In this document: one piece after another, positions 1-8,812 of the stretch | Layout: each line of letters starts with the position of its first letter | How positions within the stretch are numbered: position 1 is the stretch's first letter | NCBI GenBank assembly: GCA_965198265.1 | Contig: CBDAPB010000026.1 | Span: 61,614-125,613 of the forward strand | DNA length: 64,000 nt | DNA from: Terriglobia bacterium | Lineage (GTDB): Bacteria > Acidobacteriota > Terriglobia > 20CM-2-55-15 | Direction: 5' to 3' | The notes under the pieces: generated by a model | Seen by the model: the letters and a program-made list of their open reading frames with translations, nothing else | Databases searched by the model: none | What the model was told of the DNA's origin: nothing | Made by a program: the position numbers and the translations under genes

Positions 1-137
1 TCGGGATGGGAATCGAGCAGGCGCGGGGAATCAGTCGGGAAGAAATCGCCGATGCGCTGGGCGGCCTACCCGCATCGAAGATGCATTGCAGCGTTCTGGC
101 TTCGGACGCGATACGAGAGGCGTTGAGAGACCTATGA
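1..137 (+). CDS. 3' end of an IscU/NifU-like Fe-S scaffold gene (partial)
   Basis: Frame 3 reads ...IADALGGLPASKMHCSVLASDAIREALRDL*, the conserved IscU C-terminus. The stop TGA (135-137) overlaps the mnmA ATG (134-136) as ATGA. Confidence 0.5.
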   Translation, partial: GMGIEQARGISREEIADALGGLPASKMHCSVLASDAIREALRDL

Positions 138-1225
138 TTGCCGTGGCTATGAGTGGCGGCGTCGATTCATCGGCGGCCGCCGCGTTGCTGAAGGCACAGG
201 GACATGACATCGTCGGGTTGTCGATGCAACTTTGGAATCAGCGGCGCAAACTCGGCGCTGACGCCGACGGCGACGCGGAAGTTCGCCGCACGGGACGTTG
301 CTGTTCGATCGATGACGTCTGGGATGCCCGGCGGGTAGCCAGCCACATCGGCTTTCCGTTCTATGTCCTGAACCTCGAAGACAAATTCGAGCAAACCGTC
401 ATCGCGCCTTTTGTCAGCTCATACTTGAATGGCGAGACTCCGAGCCCATGCGTTCTTTGCAACAACTACGTCAAGTTCCATCACCTGATGGACAAGGCAG
501 AACAAATCGGCGCCGACCGCGTGGCCACGGGTCACTACGCCCGAGTCCGGTTTGACGAAGCACTCGGGCGGTGGCTCTTGCTTCGCGGATGCGATGGTGG
601 GAAAGACCAATCGTATTTCCTGTTCGGCCTGACACAGGCCCAGCTGTCGAAGACAGTCTTTCCGCTCGGTGAGCTGACGAAGGCTGAGGTGCGGGAGATC
701 GCCCGGAACGCGGGCCTGCCGACCTACAACAAGCCGGAGTCGCAGGAAATCTGCTTTGTCCAGGGCCGGTCCTATGCGGATTTCGTGGAGCAGTACTCCG
801 AGACGACGTCAGATGATCGAGGGGAGATCGTGAACCTGGCGGGAGACGTCGTCGGATCTCATTCGGGCATTCACCGCTATACGGTCGGGCAAAGGAAGGG
901 TCTGATAGCAACAGGGAAGCCGCAATATGTCGTCCGTATCGAGCCGGCGTCGAACCGGGTCGTCGTCGGAGACAATGCGGATACCGCCGGACAGCGCTTT
1001 GCCGTACGGGATGCGAATTGGATCGCGATCGAGCGGCCCTCCGACCCGATCCGCTGCAGCATCCAGATCCGGAACCGGTTCGAGCCGCAGGCCGGCAGCG
1101 TCTTTATCGAAGACGGAAGGACGATCGTCCGTTTCGACACCCCGCAACGTGCCGTCACTCCTGGCCAGGCCGCCGTCTTCTACTGGGACGACGTTGTGGT
1201 CGGCGGCGGGTGGATCACCCGGTAA
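134..1225 (+). CDS. mnmA: tRNA-specific 2-thiouridylase MnmA
   Basis: MIAVAMSGGVDSS PP-loop motif and overall MnmA/TrmU-like sequence. Start taken at the internal ATG of the 86..1225 ORF, which overlaps the upstream stop. Confidence 0.85.
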   Translation: MIAVAMSGGVDSSAAAALLKAQGHDIVGLSMQLWNQRRKLGADADGDAEVRRTGRCCSIDDVWDARRVASHIGFPFYVLNLEDKFEQTVIAPFVSSYLNGETPSPCVLCNNYVKFHHLMDKAEQIGADRVATGHYARVRFDEALGRWLLLRGCDGGKDQSYFLFGLTQAQLSKTVFPLGELTKAEVREIARNAGLPTYNKPESQEICFVQGRSYADFVEQYSETTSDDRGEIVNLAGDVVGSHSGIHRYTVGQRKGLIATGKPQYVVRIEPASNRVVVGDNADTAGQRFAVRDANWIAIERPSDPIRCSIQIRNRFEPQAGSVFIEDGRTIVRFDTPQRAVTPGQAAVFYWDDVVVGGGWITR

Positions 1226-1303
1226 GTCCAAGGTCCGAAGTCCAACGTCCGAGGTCTGCAGCTCGACGTCTTCACCTTGGACCTTGGACCTTGGACCTTG
1301 GAC
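1225..1303. repeat. TTGGACC/GGTCCAA heptamer-based palindromic element (copy 1 of 3)
   Basis: gtccaaggtccgaagtccaacgtccgaggtc ... ccttggaccttggaccttggaccttggac. The two arms are reverse complements. Confidence 0.7.
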
Positions 1304-1939
1304 AATTATTTCAACTACTTCACTGAAATCGAACGGTACTACCAGTCCAAGCGCGAGAGTTTCACTCTCCTTTCGACACTGGACTGGGTTCTGATCGAGA
1401 GTTGGAAGGACCAGGGAGTGCCGCTTGAACTCGTCCTCAAGGGAATGGACCGCGCCTTCTCCAAGGCCAAGCGCAAGGTCAGTTCCCTGGGCTACTGCGC
1501 GAACGCAATCTCAGAGGTCGTCAAGGAGCAGAAGAACCTGCGGACGGAAGCCCCCGATCTGCCCGAGTTCTCGACGGATGAAGTCGCTGCCTATCTCAAG
1601 GGACTGGCTGATCAGATCGCACCGCTGGGAAAAACCTTTCCGGAATTCGAATCACGGTTCTCGCAGCTCGCGAATTCCATCCGCAGTCAGGGTGGGTCGG
1701 ATCTTCAGGCAGGTGAACATGCCCTCAACGCGCTGGAAGAGAAACTGATCGCCATCATCAAGATCGCTGCCGATGAACGTGTCCTGATCGATGTCGGGAG
1801 GGAAGTCGAGCGCAGCCTGTCATCGTTCCGTCGAACGATGACCGCCGAGCAACTGGCCATGCTCGAACAACAACTCTGGAAGCGGAAACTGATGGAACGC
1901 TACAACGCCCCCCGCCTCAGTTTGTTCTATTTGATCTAG
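1277..1939 (+). CDS. hypothetical protein, possibly DnaD-domain-like
   Basis: TLLSTLDWVLIESWKDQGVPLELVLKGMDRAFSKAKRKVSSLGYCANAI resembles the DnaD-like helical domain. The N-terminus lies inside the heptamer repeat (TTG start), so the true start is uncertain. Confidence 0.35.
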   Translation: MDLGPWTLDNYFNYFTEIERYYQSKRESFTLLSTLDWVLIESWKDQGVPLELVLKGMDRAFSKAKRKVSSLGYCANAISEVVKEQKNLRTEAPDLPEFSTDEVAAYLKGLADQIAPLGKTFPEFESRFSQLANSIRSQGGSDLQAGEHALNALEEKLIAIIKIAADERVLIDVGREVERSLSSFRRTMTAEQLAMLEQQLWKRKLMERYNAPRLSLFYLI

Positions 1940-1942
1940 TTT

Positions 1943-2070
1943 TTCACCGCAAAGACGCAAAGGCGCAAAGGTGTTTTGTTTTCCGAAGGCGACATTCAAT
2001 GACAATCACACCCCTAGTAGCAGATCCGACTACCCATGACTTCCTTTGCGTCTTTGCGCCTTTGCGGTGA
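1943..2070. repeat. Family-1 hairpin element: inverted arms of (N)CGCAAAG x3
   Basis: Left arm caccgcaaagacgcaaaggcgcaaag and right arm cctttgcgtctttgcgcctttgcggtg, about 70 bp apart, between two + strand genes. Confidence 0.8.
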
Positions 2071-2076
2071 GGAACA

Positions 2077-3246
2077 ATGCGTATCAGGATCGAAAAACTG
2101 GTTTACGGCGGCGCTGGTATTGCCCGGACCGACGAGGGAGTCGTGTTCGTGGGTCGGACCATCCCGGGCGAGCTCGTCGAGGCGGAAATCGTCGACCGCA
2201 AGAAGGACTACGCCCGCGCGAGCCTGGTTGAGGTACTCGAAACGTCCGAGGACCGCCGGGATCCGTCCTGTCCGAACTTCGAGACCGTGGGATGCTGCAG
2301 CTGGGATCACATTGCCTACGAACGACAGCGCGCTCTAAAGCAGGAGATCCTCGTCGAGAGCCTCGCGCGGCTGGGCAAGGTCGAATTGCCCGAACCGATC
2401 GCGTGCATTCACGGTCCGGAGCGCGAGTATCGTTTGCGAGCGAGCTTCCACGTCAGAGACCGCCGGCTAGGATTCATGAAGGAGGGCACGAATGACGTCG
2501 TTACCATCGACCGTTGCGCGGCGTTGATGCCGGAACTGAACACCTTCATCAGCGCGGCTTCCGAGGCGCTGGCCCAGCCGGGACTCGAGGGAACCGATAC
2601 CGTCCGGGCCGTCGTCTCGCCGGAAAAGGGAGAGGTCGCCGCGACTTTTCTCCGGGGCCGAGAACGGGCGCGATGGGCCCACCGGAACCCGACGACCACG
2701 GTCGGCGGGATAGAGTTCCGGCTGAACCCGGATAGTTTTTTCCAACCCAATCGATTCCTGCTCGAGAAGTTCGTCTCTGCAGTCATAGACACTGCGGGAG
2801 CCCCCGGTATCACGTTGGACCTGTTTTGTGGGAGCGGCTTCTTTTCGCTGCCCCTGGCGCAACTGTCCTCCCGGCTGGTGGGCGTCGACCGGCGCTCGAT
2901 CCGGACCGCCGAATGGAATGCCCGACGGAATCGAATCGCAAACGTGGAGTTCATCAAGGCGTCGGCATGGGCGTTCCTGGCGAACTCCGATATCCGACCT
3001 GATCTCGTCGTTCTCGATCCGCCGCGCTCGGGAGCCGGCCGGAATGTCGTAAAGAGGGTCGCCGGCCTCAGGCCTAAGCGGGTCGTCTACGTCTCCTGCA
3101 ACCCGACAACTTTCGCGCCGGAAGCACGCCTGCTGCTGGAAACCGGGTACGCCCTCACGTCGATCACATTTATAGATGAGTTTCCCAATTCGCACCACAT
3201 CGAGACCGTCGGGCTGTTTGAGCGAGCAGGCGTGGTGATACAATGA
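2077..3246 (+). CDS. rlmD: 23S rRNA (uracil-C5)-methyltransferase, RumA/RlmD family (TRAM + SAM MTase)
   Basis: N-terminal TRAM-like region, Cys cluster CPNFETVGCCSW, and a C-terminal class I MTase fold (VLDPPRSGAG). Confidence 0.75.
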   Translation: MRIRIEKLVYGGAGIARTDEGVVFVGRTIPGELVEAEIVDRKKDYARASLVEVLETSEDRRDPSCPNFETVGCCSWDHIAYERQRALKQEILVESLARLGKVELPEPIACIHGPEREYRLRASFHVRDRRLGFMKEGTNDVVTIDRCAALMPELNTFISAASEALAQPGLEGTDTVRAVVSPEKGEVAATFLRGRERARWAHRNPTTTVGGIEFRLNPDSFFQPNRFLLEKFVSAVIDTAGAPGITLDLFCGSGFFSLPLAQLSSRLVGVDRRSIRTAEWNARRNRIANVEFIKASAWAFLANSDIRPDLVVLDPPRSGAGRNVVKRVAGLRPKRVVYVSCNPTTFAPEARLLLETGYALTSITFIDEFPNSHHIETVGLFERAGVVIQ

Positions 3247-3278
3247 AGCCGCCCTCCGCCGAGATCCCTGTCTGCATT

Positions 3279-3414
3279 GGTGCCACTATATCCTCCCCTA
3301 GGAGTCTGCGCGGCAGAACGATTTTGGGTCATTGTGACCACAGCATAGTGTGTGTGCGCAGCACTTAGCATCGACATGGAGTACCGAGTTTCTTCTGCCG
3401 CGCAGACTCCTAGC
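3279..3414. repeat. 21 bp perfect inverted repeat pair at the comEC 5' end
   Basis: ctaggagtctgcgcggcagaa (3279-3299) and ttctgccgcgcagactcctag (3394-3414). Confidence 0.6.
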
Positions 3415-5803
3415 CGCACTGATCGTGGGCATCGTCGCTTCACCCTACCTGGATCCGTTCTTCGTTTGGGTGACCCTGATTCCGACCCTGCTGCTCTCCC
3501 TCCTCCGTCCCAAATGCCTGTTGCTCGCCCTCTGTTTAATGGGAGCCGGCCTTCGCGCAAACCAGGAAGTCCGGCCTCCGGTAATCTTAGATGACGGATA
3601 CGCGCGGCGGGTCGTCGCCGTGCTGGAAGGACCGCCCGAATGGAGGGATCCCGGTTACCACTTCGATGTCGACATCCGGACGCTCGACGGACAACCATGG
3701 CGCGGCCGGGCCCGGCTCTCCTTTTTCCCGCACGACGACAAGCTGGACAAGCTGTTCCGCAACCTGGGGTTGGGAACCGGAGATCGCGTCGAAGTCCTGA
3801 CCCGCCTTCGCCCGCCACGCTCCTACCGCAACCCTGGCGTGTTCGACTACAGACGCTACCTGGCCCGTCAGGGAATATTCTGGGCTGGTTCGATCCGAAA
3901 CCCGCGATTGATTCAGGTCCTCAACGGATCCTGGCATGGTGAGGACAGACTTCGGAAGTCGGTCACCGAACGCATCGGCCGGTTCTTCGAGGCTGACGAA
4001 ACAATCCGGGGTCTGGTACTGGGCATGGTTCTGGGACAGCGCCGGAGACTTCCGGCCGATGACGTTCGCCGGTTCCAGGCGGCCGGCCTGATTCACCTCC
4101 TCGTCGTGTCGGGCTTCAACCTCGCGGTCGTGGCCGCAACCGCCCTGTGGCTCGGGCGGCGTCTTCGGTTCGGACGGTTCCAGAGAGCCGGACGATATCT
4201 CTTCGCGCTCGTCGCGATCCTGACCTACGCCGCTCTGGTCGATGGCCAGAGTCCCGTCGTGCGGGCAACGCTGATGGCATCGATCCTGATTCTAGGAAAG
4301 CTGCTGGACCGCGGTTACACGGTCGGCAACGCGCTGGCGGCGAGCGCAATCCTGATTCTGATAGCGGACCCGTCGGCGCTCGAGGATTCCAGCTTCCAGC
4401 TTACATTCGCGGCGGTGCTGGCCATTCAAGTCCTGGGATCGCCGCTGATTCGGTGGTGTCTCGGGTGGCTTCGGCTAGCTTTGCGGGATTTCTCCAGGAC
4501 AGAGCCGGACATGGTGCTGCCGTCTGACGTTGCCGATTGGCGCGTGTCAAGACGCCTCCGCTGTGAGCTCGGCGGATGGCCGCACAGGACGATCACACTA
4601 CCGTGGACGATCCTCACCGCGTTCGCTGAAACGGCCCTCGTCACGCTGTGCGTACAACTGGTTCTCACCGGGTTCATGGTCGAATCTTTTCACCTGCTCT
4701 CCCCCGTCACGGTCCCGCTCAACGTGGTGGGCGCGGCCGTCGCGGCCATCATCACACCGCTGGGCCTGCTCCTGATCCTCCTGCCCCACTTCGCGGGTCT
4801 TATCGTAGCCAGACTCATGTCTGCCCTGCTCCATTTCCTGATCCTGTCGGTCGATCTGGGCCTGCGAGTCCCGGGTGCCAGTTTTCGGGTGCCGTCACCG
4901 CCCGGCGAGGTCTGGGCAATTTACGCCCTGACCGTTCTCGCGTTCATGTTCTCGATTCGCCGACGCTCGCCCCGTGCGGCGCTGTTGAGCCTGGCAGCCG
5001 CCTACACTCTGCAGGCTTTGATCGTCATCGCGGATTTCGACCCGGTTCCGCCGCGACACACTACCGTGACCTTCTTGGATGTCGGCCAGGGGGATTCGAG
5101 TCTGGTCGAACTCACCGACGGCACGCGCGTTCTCATCGACGCGGGGGGTTCCGCCACGGCACGCTACCGGTCGGCTGACGGCCAGGGGACGTTTTCTGTA
5201 GGAGAAGACGTCCTGACGCCCTACCTCTTCTCGCGCGGCATCCGCCATCTAGACGTCGTCGCGCTGACACACGCCCACCACGATCACATGGGCGGTCTGT
5301 TCGATCTGATCCGGAATTTCCGGATTGGTGAGATCTGGCTCGGTCGGAACCCCATGACGGTGCGCTACCGCGAGTTGTTGCAGGAGGCATATGAGCACCA
5401 GATTCCCATCCGCTGGCTTCGGGCGGACGATCGAATCAAAGCTTTCGAAGTGTTGAACCCACCGCGGGACTGGAAAGCGGCCGGCAAGGTAAAGAATGAC
5501 GACTCGCTCGTCTTACTCTTGAGAACCGAGGACGGGTCTGCGTTCTTGACCGGGGATCTCGAACGTTCCATTCCGGCACCGGATCTGGTGGACGTGCTGA
5601 AAGTCCCGCACCACGGCAGCAAGAACACAAGCCTCAAGGTTCGTGCGCTAATCCCAGTGATTTCCGTCGGAGCGAACAACCCGTTCAGACACCCCCACCC
5701 GACCAAGCTGCCGGCCCTCCGCACCGACATCCTGGGAGCCATCCAGGTCGTGCTGACCCCGGACGGCCCGGTGGTGTCGTTCCCTGGGCTGAAGGAAAAA
5801 TAA
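3350..5803 (+). CDS. comEC: DNA internalization competence protein ComEC/Rec2 with metallo-beta-lactamase domain
   Basis: Multi-TM N-terminal region, DUF4131-like segment, and a C-terminal MBL domain (HAHHDHMGG, VLKVPHHGS). Start uncertain. Confidence 0.85.
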   Translation: MCAQHLASTWSTEFLLPRRLLAALIVGIVASPYLDPFFVWVTLIPTLLLSLLRPKCLLLALCLMGAGLRANQEVRPPVILDDGYARRVVAVLEGPPEWRDPGYHFDVDIRTLDGQPWRGRARLSFFPHDDKLDKLFRNLGLGTGDRVEVLTRLRPPRSYRNPGVFDYRRYLARQGIFWAGSIRNPRLIQVLNGSWHGEDRLRKSVTERIGRFFEADETIRGLVLGMVLGQRRRLPADDVRRFQAAGLIHLLVVSGFNLAVVAATALWLGRRLRFGRFQRAGRYLFALVAILTYAALVDGQSPVVRATLMASILILGKLLDRGYTVGNALAASAILILIADPSALEDSSFQLTFAAVLAIQVLGSPLIRWCLGWLRLALRDFSRTEPDMVLPSDVADWRVSRRLRCELGGWPHRTITLPWTILTAFAETALVTLCVQLVLTGFMVESFHLLSPVTVPLNVVGAAVAAIITPLGLLLILLPHFAGLIVARLMSALLHFLILSVDLGLRVPGASFRVPSPPGEVWAIYALTVLAFMFSIRRRSPRAALLSLAAAYTLQALIVIADFDPVPPRHTTVTFLDVGQGDSSLVELTDGTRVLIDAGGSATARYRSADGQGTFSVGEDVLTPYLFSRGIRHLDVVALTHAHHDHMGGLFDLIRNFRIGEIWLGRNPMTVRYRELLQEAYEHQIPIRWLRADDRIKAFEVLNPPRDWKAAGKVKNDDSLVLLLRTEDGSAFLTGDLERSIPAPDLVDVLKVPHHGSKNTSLKVRALIPVISVGANNPFRHPHPTKLPALRTDILGAIQVVLTPDGPVVSFPGLKEK

Positions 5804-5974
5804 CCACGGAGGCGCGGAGGCACGGAGGGGTGTATGGGTTGAGTCGTTCACCCACTTTTCTGGGTAGTGAACATTCGGGGACAGGGCCCGGCCCGTGTCC
5901 CCCTCACATCCCTTCTCTCACGGCAACCGTACGCCCACCGAAAGACCTCCGCGCCTTCGTGCCTCCGTGGTTAA
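5803..5974. repeat. Family-2 hairpin element: inverted arms of C(A/G)CGGAGG x3
   Basis: aaccacggaggcgcggaggcacggagg ... cctccgcgccttcgtgcctccgtggtt, with internal GC hairpins. Begins at the comEC stop. Confidence 0.8.
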
Positions 5975-6119
5975 CATCCTGTTGACCGGTGTGGGTTGAC
6001 TCGGTTTCAGCTCTTGTGTAACCTAACTTGTTGCAGGACGGCCACTAAGCAAAGAAACACCCGCTTGCCGAGCCCGCCTGACCGGTCCCGCGCTAAGGAC
6101 TCAACCGCGACATCTGGGG

Positions 6120-7967
6120 GTGTCTTCTTTGGTTCCTCACCACCGCATTCCTGCTCTCTCGCTGATTTTTGCGCTCTCGCTCGTCTCTGCATGTTCGGGG
6201 ACGAGGCGATCGTCCGCGCGTCGGGTACCGCCCCCTCCGGTCGAAACCGCGAAAGCGGACACGCAGCCGCAGTCCGCCCCGAGGGATTCGCGAGTTGATC
6301 CCATCTCCGAGGTCCTTGTCCGCACGGAAGCACTCGAGTCGCAAGGAGCGGAGTTGCTCCGAGCCGGGTTCGTCGAACGAGCCCGCGAGGAATTCCAGGC
6401 GGCGCTCGCTCTGCTGCGAGACTATTCGAGGCAAGCTCCAGGCAACTTCCGGATCGAACGGGAGATTGATTTTCTGCAAGTCCGAATCGCGACGCTGGAG
6501 ACCGCTCAAAGGACCGAAAGAGCCGCTATCGACGACCTCGCGGGCATCGAGGCCTCCACCGAAAACCTTGATCCCGGGCTGCGAGATCGGGCTCGGACCG
6601 ATGTCGAGGAATCGAACTACGATTTCCCCGTCGAGATCAACGATCGCGTGCTCTCGATGCTGGATTACTACACCGCGGGACGGGGTCGGAGCACGATCGA
6701 AGCGGGCCTGGAGCGAATCGGGCTCTACCGTCCGTTGATCGAGCAGGTATTCGCGGAAGAAGGGCTGCCCCTGGACTTGATCTACCTGGCTCAGGCGGAG
6801 AGCGTCTTCAAGCCCAAAGCGCTCTCCAGCGCCAAGGCAAGGGGGATGTGGCAGTTCATATCGTCCCGTGGGAGGGAATACGGCCTGCGGCAGAACTGGT
6901 GGATCGATGAGCGATCAGACCCGCAGAAATCGACGCGGGCAGCCGCGCGACACCTGAAGGATCTCTACGACCAGTTCGGGGACTGGTACCTCGCGATGGC
7001 GGCTTACAATTCGGGACCCGCCCGCGTCAGCCGGGCGATGAAACAGGCCGGCGCGTCCGACTTCTGGACGCTGTCGGACCAACGCCGGCTTCCTCGGGAA
7101 ACGAGGAACTACGTCCCGACCATCATCGCGATGACTATTATTGGGAAGCATCCGGACCGTTACGGGTTCGATATCAGCCCCGCCGAAAGCATCGATGTCG
7201 AGCGCGTCCGAGTCAACCTAGCCACGGATCTTCGGGTCATCGCGGATTATCTGGACCTGCCGCTGGAGCAGATACAGGAACTCAACCCCCATGTTCTCCG
7301 CTGGGCTACGCCTCCCGACGACAGTGAATTCGAGCTGATCCTGCCGATGGGGTATGGCAAGCCTTACTTTGGGAAAGTGGCCGGGTTACCCGAGGACAAA
7401 CGCATCCTGTTCCGCCATCACATCGTCAGGAGTGGGGAAACCCTTTCCCACATCGCGCTGCGGTACGGCGTTTCGGTGCGGGCGATCGGCGACGCGAACA
7501 AGATCTCGGAACGACGGATCATCAGGATCGGTCAGTCCCTGGTGATTCCGATCAGTGGTCTGCCCGTCCCGGCTAACGCTTTTACGAGGGTTGCGCCGCC
7601 CGCTCGGATAGCGGGCCCCCCGCCCACCCTCTACCGCATAAGGAGGGGCGATACTCTGTCTGAGATCGCGGAAAGGTACGGCCTTTCCATCGCGGACATC
7701 AGGGCTTGGAACGACATGTCTTCCAGCCTGCTGATTGCAGGCCGCGCCCTGAGACTCTCTCCACAGCCCGCCAGCGCCACGGGCTCCGGCAAGGTTTCGG
7801 CTGAAGGGTCCCGCAGAGTGGTCTACCTGGTCCGCCCGGGCGACACTCTCAGTAAGATCGCATCGTCGTACAACACCTCGGTGGCCGAAATCCGGGAGTG
7901 GAATCGAGAATCCGACCTCTCAGTCATCCGTCCTGGAGATCAGATTACAATCTACAGAAAACGGTGA
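6120..7967 (+). CDS. mltD: membrane-bound lytic murein transglycosylase D-like (SLT domain + 3 LysM)
   Basis: SLT motifs (GMWQF, AYNSGPARV) and three LysM repeats (YRIRRGDTLSEIA..., YLVRPGDTLSKIA...). Confidence 0.85.
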   Translation: MSSLVPHHRIPALSLIFALSLVSACSGTRRSSARRVPPPPVETAKADTQPQSAPRDSRVDPISEVLVRTEALESQGAELLRAGFVERAREEFQAALALLRDYSRQAPGNFRIEREIDFLQVRIATLETAQRTERAAIDDLAGIEASTENLDPGLRDRARTDVEESNYDFPVEINDRVLSMLDYYTAGRGRSTIEAGLERIGLYRPLIEQVFAEEGLPLDLIYLAQAESVFKPKALSSAKARGMWQFISSRGREYGLRQNWWIDERSDPQKSTRAAARHLKDLYDQFGDWYLAMAAYNSGPARVSRAMKQAGASDFWTLSDQRRLPRETRNYVPTIIAMTIIGKHPDRYGFDISPAESIDVERVRVNLATDLRVIADYLDLPLEQIQELNPHVLRWATPPDDSEFELILPMGYGKPYFGKVAGLPEDKRILFRHHIVRSGETLSHIALRYGVSVRAIGDANKISERRIIRIGQSLVIPISGLPVPANAFTRVAPPARIAGPPPTLYRIRRGDTLSEIAERYGLSIADIRAWNDMSSSLLIAGRALRLSPQPASATGSGKVSAEGSRRVVYLVRPGDTLSKIASSYNTSVAEIREWNRESDLSVIRPGDQITIYRKR

Positions 7968-8051
7968 GCGCCCCCTGTCAACTGCTTTTGGCTGTTGGCT
8001 TTTAGCTGTTAGCCTTTAGTTTTGTTGGCTTTTGGCCTAATCTTGGCCTTC

Positions 8052-8096
8052 AGCAGCCCGTGGCGGAAGTCTGATGGTTCGCGCGCAGGGGTTGCT
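8052..8096. repeat. solo terminus of the MITE-B element
   Basis: cagcagcccgtggcggaagtctgatggttcgcgcgcaggggttgc matches the left end of the elements at 47055 and 51551. No partner arm is nearby. Confidence 0.6.
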
Positions 8097-8179
8097 AATA
8101 GCTGTGAACGAAACTTTGTAATTTTTCTGTAACTTCTCGTTTAACCTTTCTCGATCAGGGGCGTCAAAACTACCTGATC

Positions 8180-8803
8180 ATGGACACACTTACCTTGAAG
8201 AGGGCTCCGCGGCGCGAGGGGAATTCGGAAGAGGAGCGGCTTCTGGTCCAGCAGGCTCAGAGCGGCGATCGCGAGGCTTTCGAACAGTTGGTTTACCGTC
8301 ACGACCGTGATATCTTGCGCCTAGCATTTCATATGCTTGGCAATCGGGAAGAGGCTCAGGACGTCTTCCAGGAGACGTTTCTCAAGGCTTATCGCTCCCT
8401 GGCGCGATTCCGCTCCGATTCCAGTTTTTATACCTGGATTTACCGGATCGCAACCAACGTGGCCCTGGATCGTCTCCGGAAGCGGCAAACGCTGCGCGAG
8501 GAGATTTCCTACGAAGCCGACACTGCGGCCAATCCCGACCGCCCGGCTCTCAAGGACACGCTGGAGGAAAAAAGTTATTACAGCAATCCCGAGCGTCGCC
8601 TCTACGGTAGAGAGGTCGGCGCCAAGATTCAGGAGGCCCTGAAGACACTCTCCGAAAAGGAAAGACTGGTCTTCGAGTTGAGGCATTACCAGGGGTTGAG
8701 ACTAAGAATGATCGGGGAGATCATGGGAAGCACCGAGGAAACTGCCAAGAACTACCTGTTCCGTGCAACCCAGAAACTCCGCGCTTATCTGTCCCGGATT
8801 TGA
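8180..8803 (+). CDS. RNA polymerase ECF sigma factor (sigma-70 regions 2 and 4)
   Basis: EAFEQLVYRHDRDILRLAFHMLGNREEAQDVFQETFLKAYRSL...YTWIYRIATNVALDRLRKR. Confidence 0.9.
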   Translation: MDTLTLKRAPRREGNSEEERLLVQQAQSGDREAFEQLVYRHDRDILRLAFHMLGNREEAQDVFQETFLKAYRSLARFRSDSSFYTWIYRIATNVALDRLRKRQTLREEISYEADTAANPDRPALKDTLEEKSYYSNPERRLYGREVGAKIQEALKTLSEKERLVFELRHYQGLRLRMIGEIMGSTEETAKNYLFRATQKLRAYLSRI

Positions 8804-8812
8804 AGCATTAGT

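Noticed and set aside
2467-3243. 258 aa ORF on the - strand
   Set aside because: Antisense to the RumA/RlmD-type methyltransferase.
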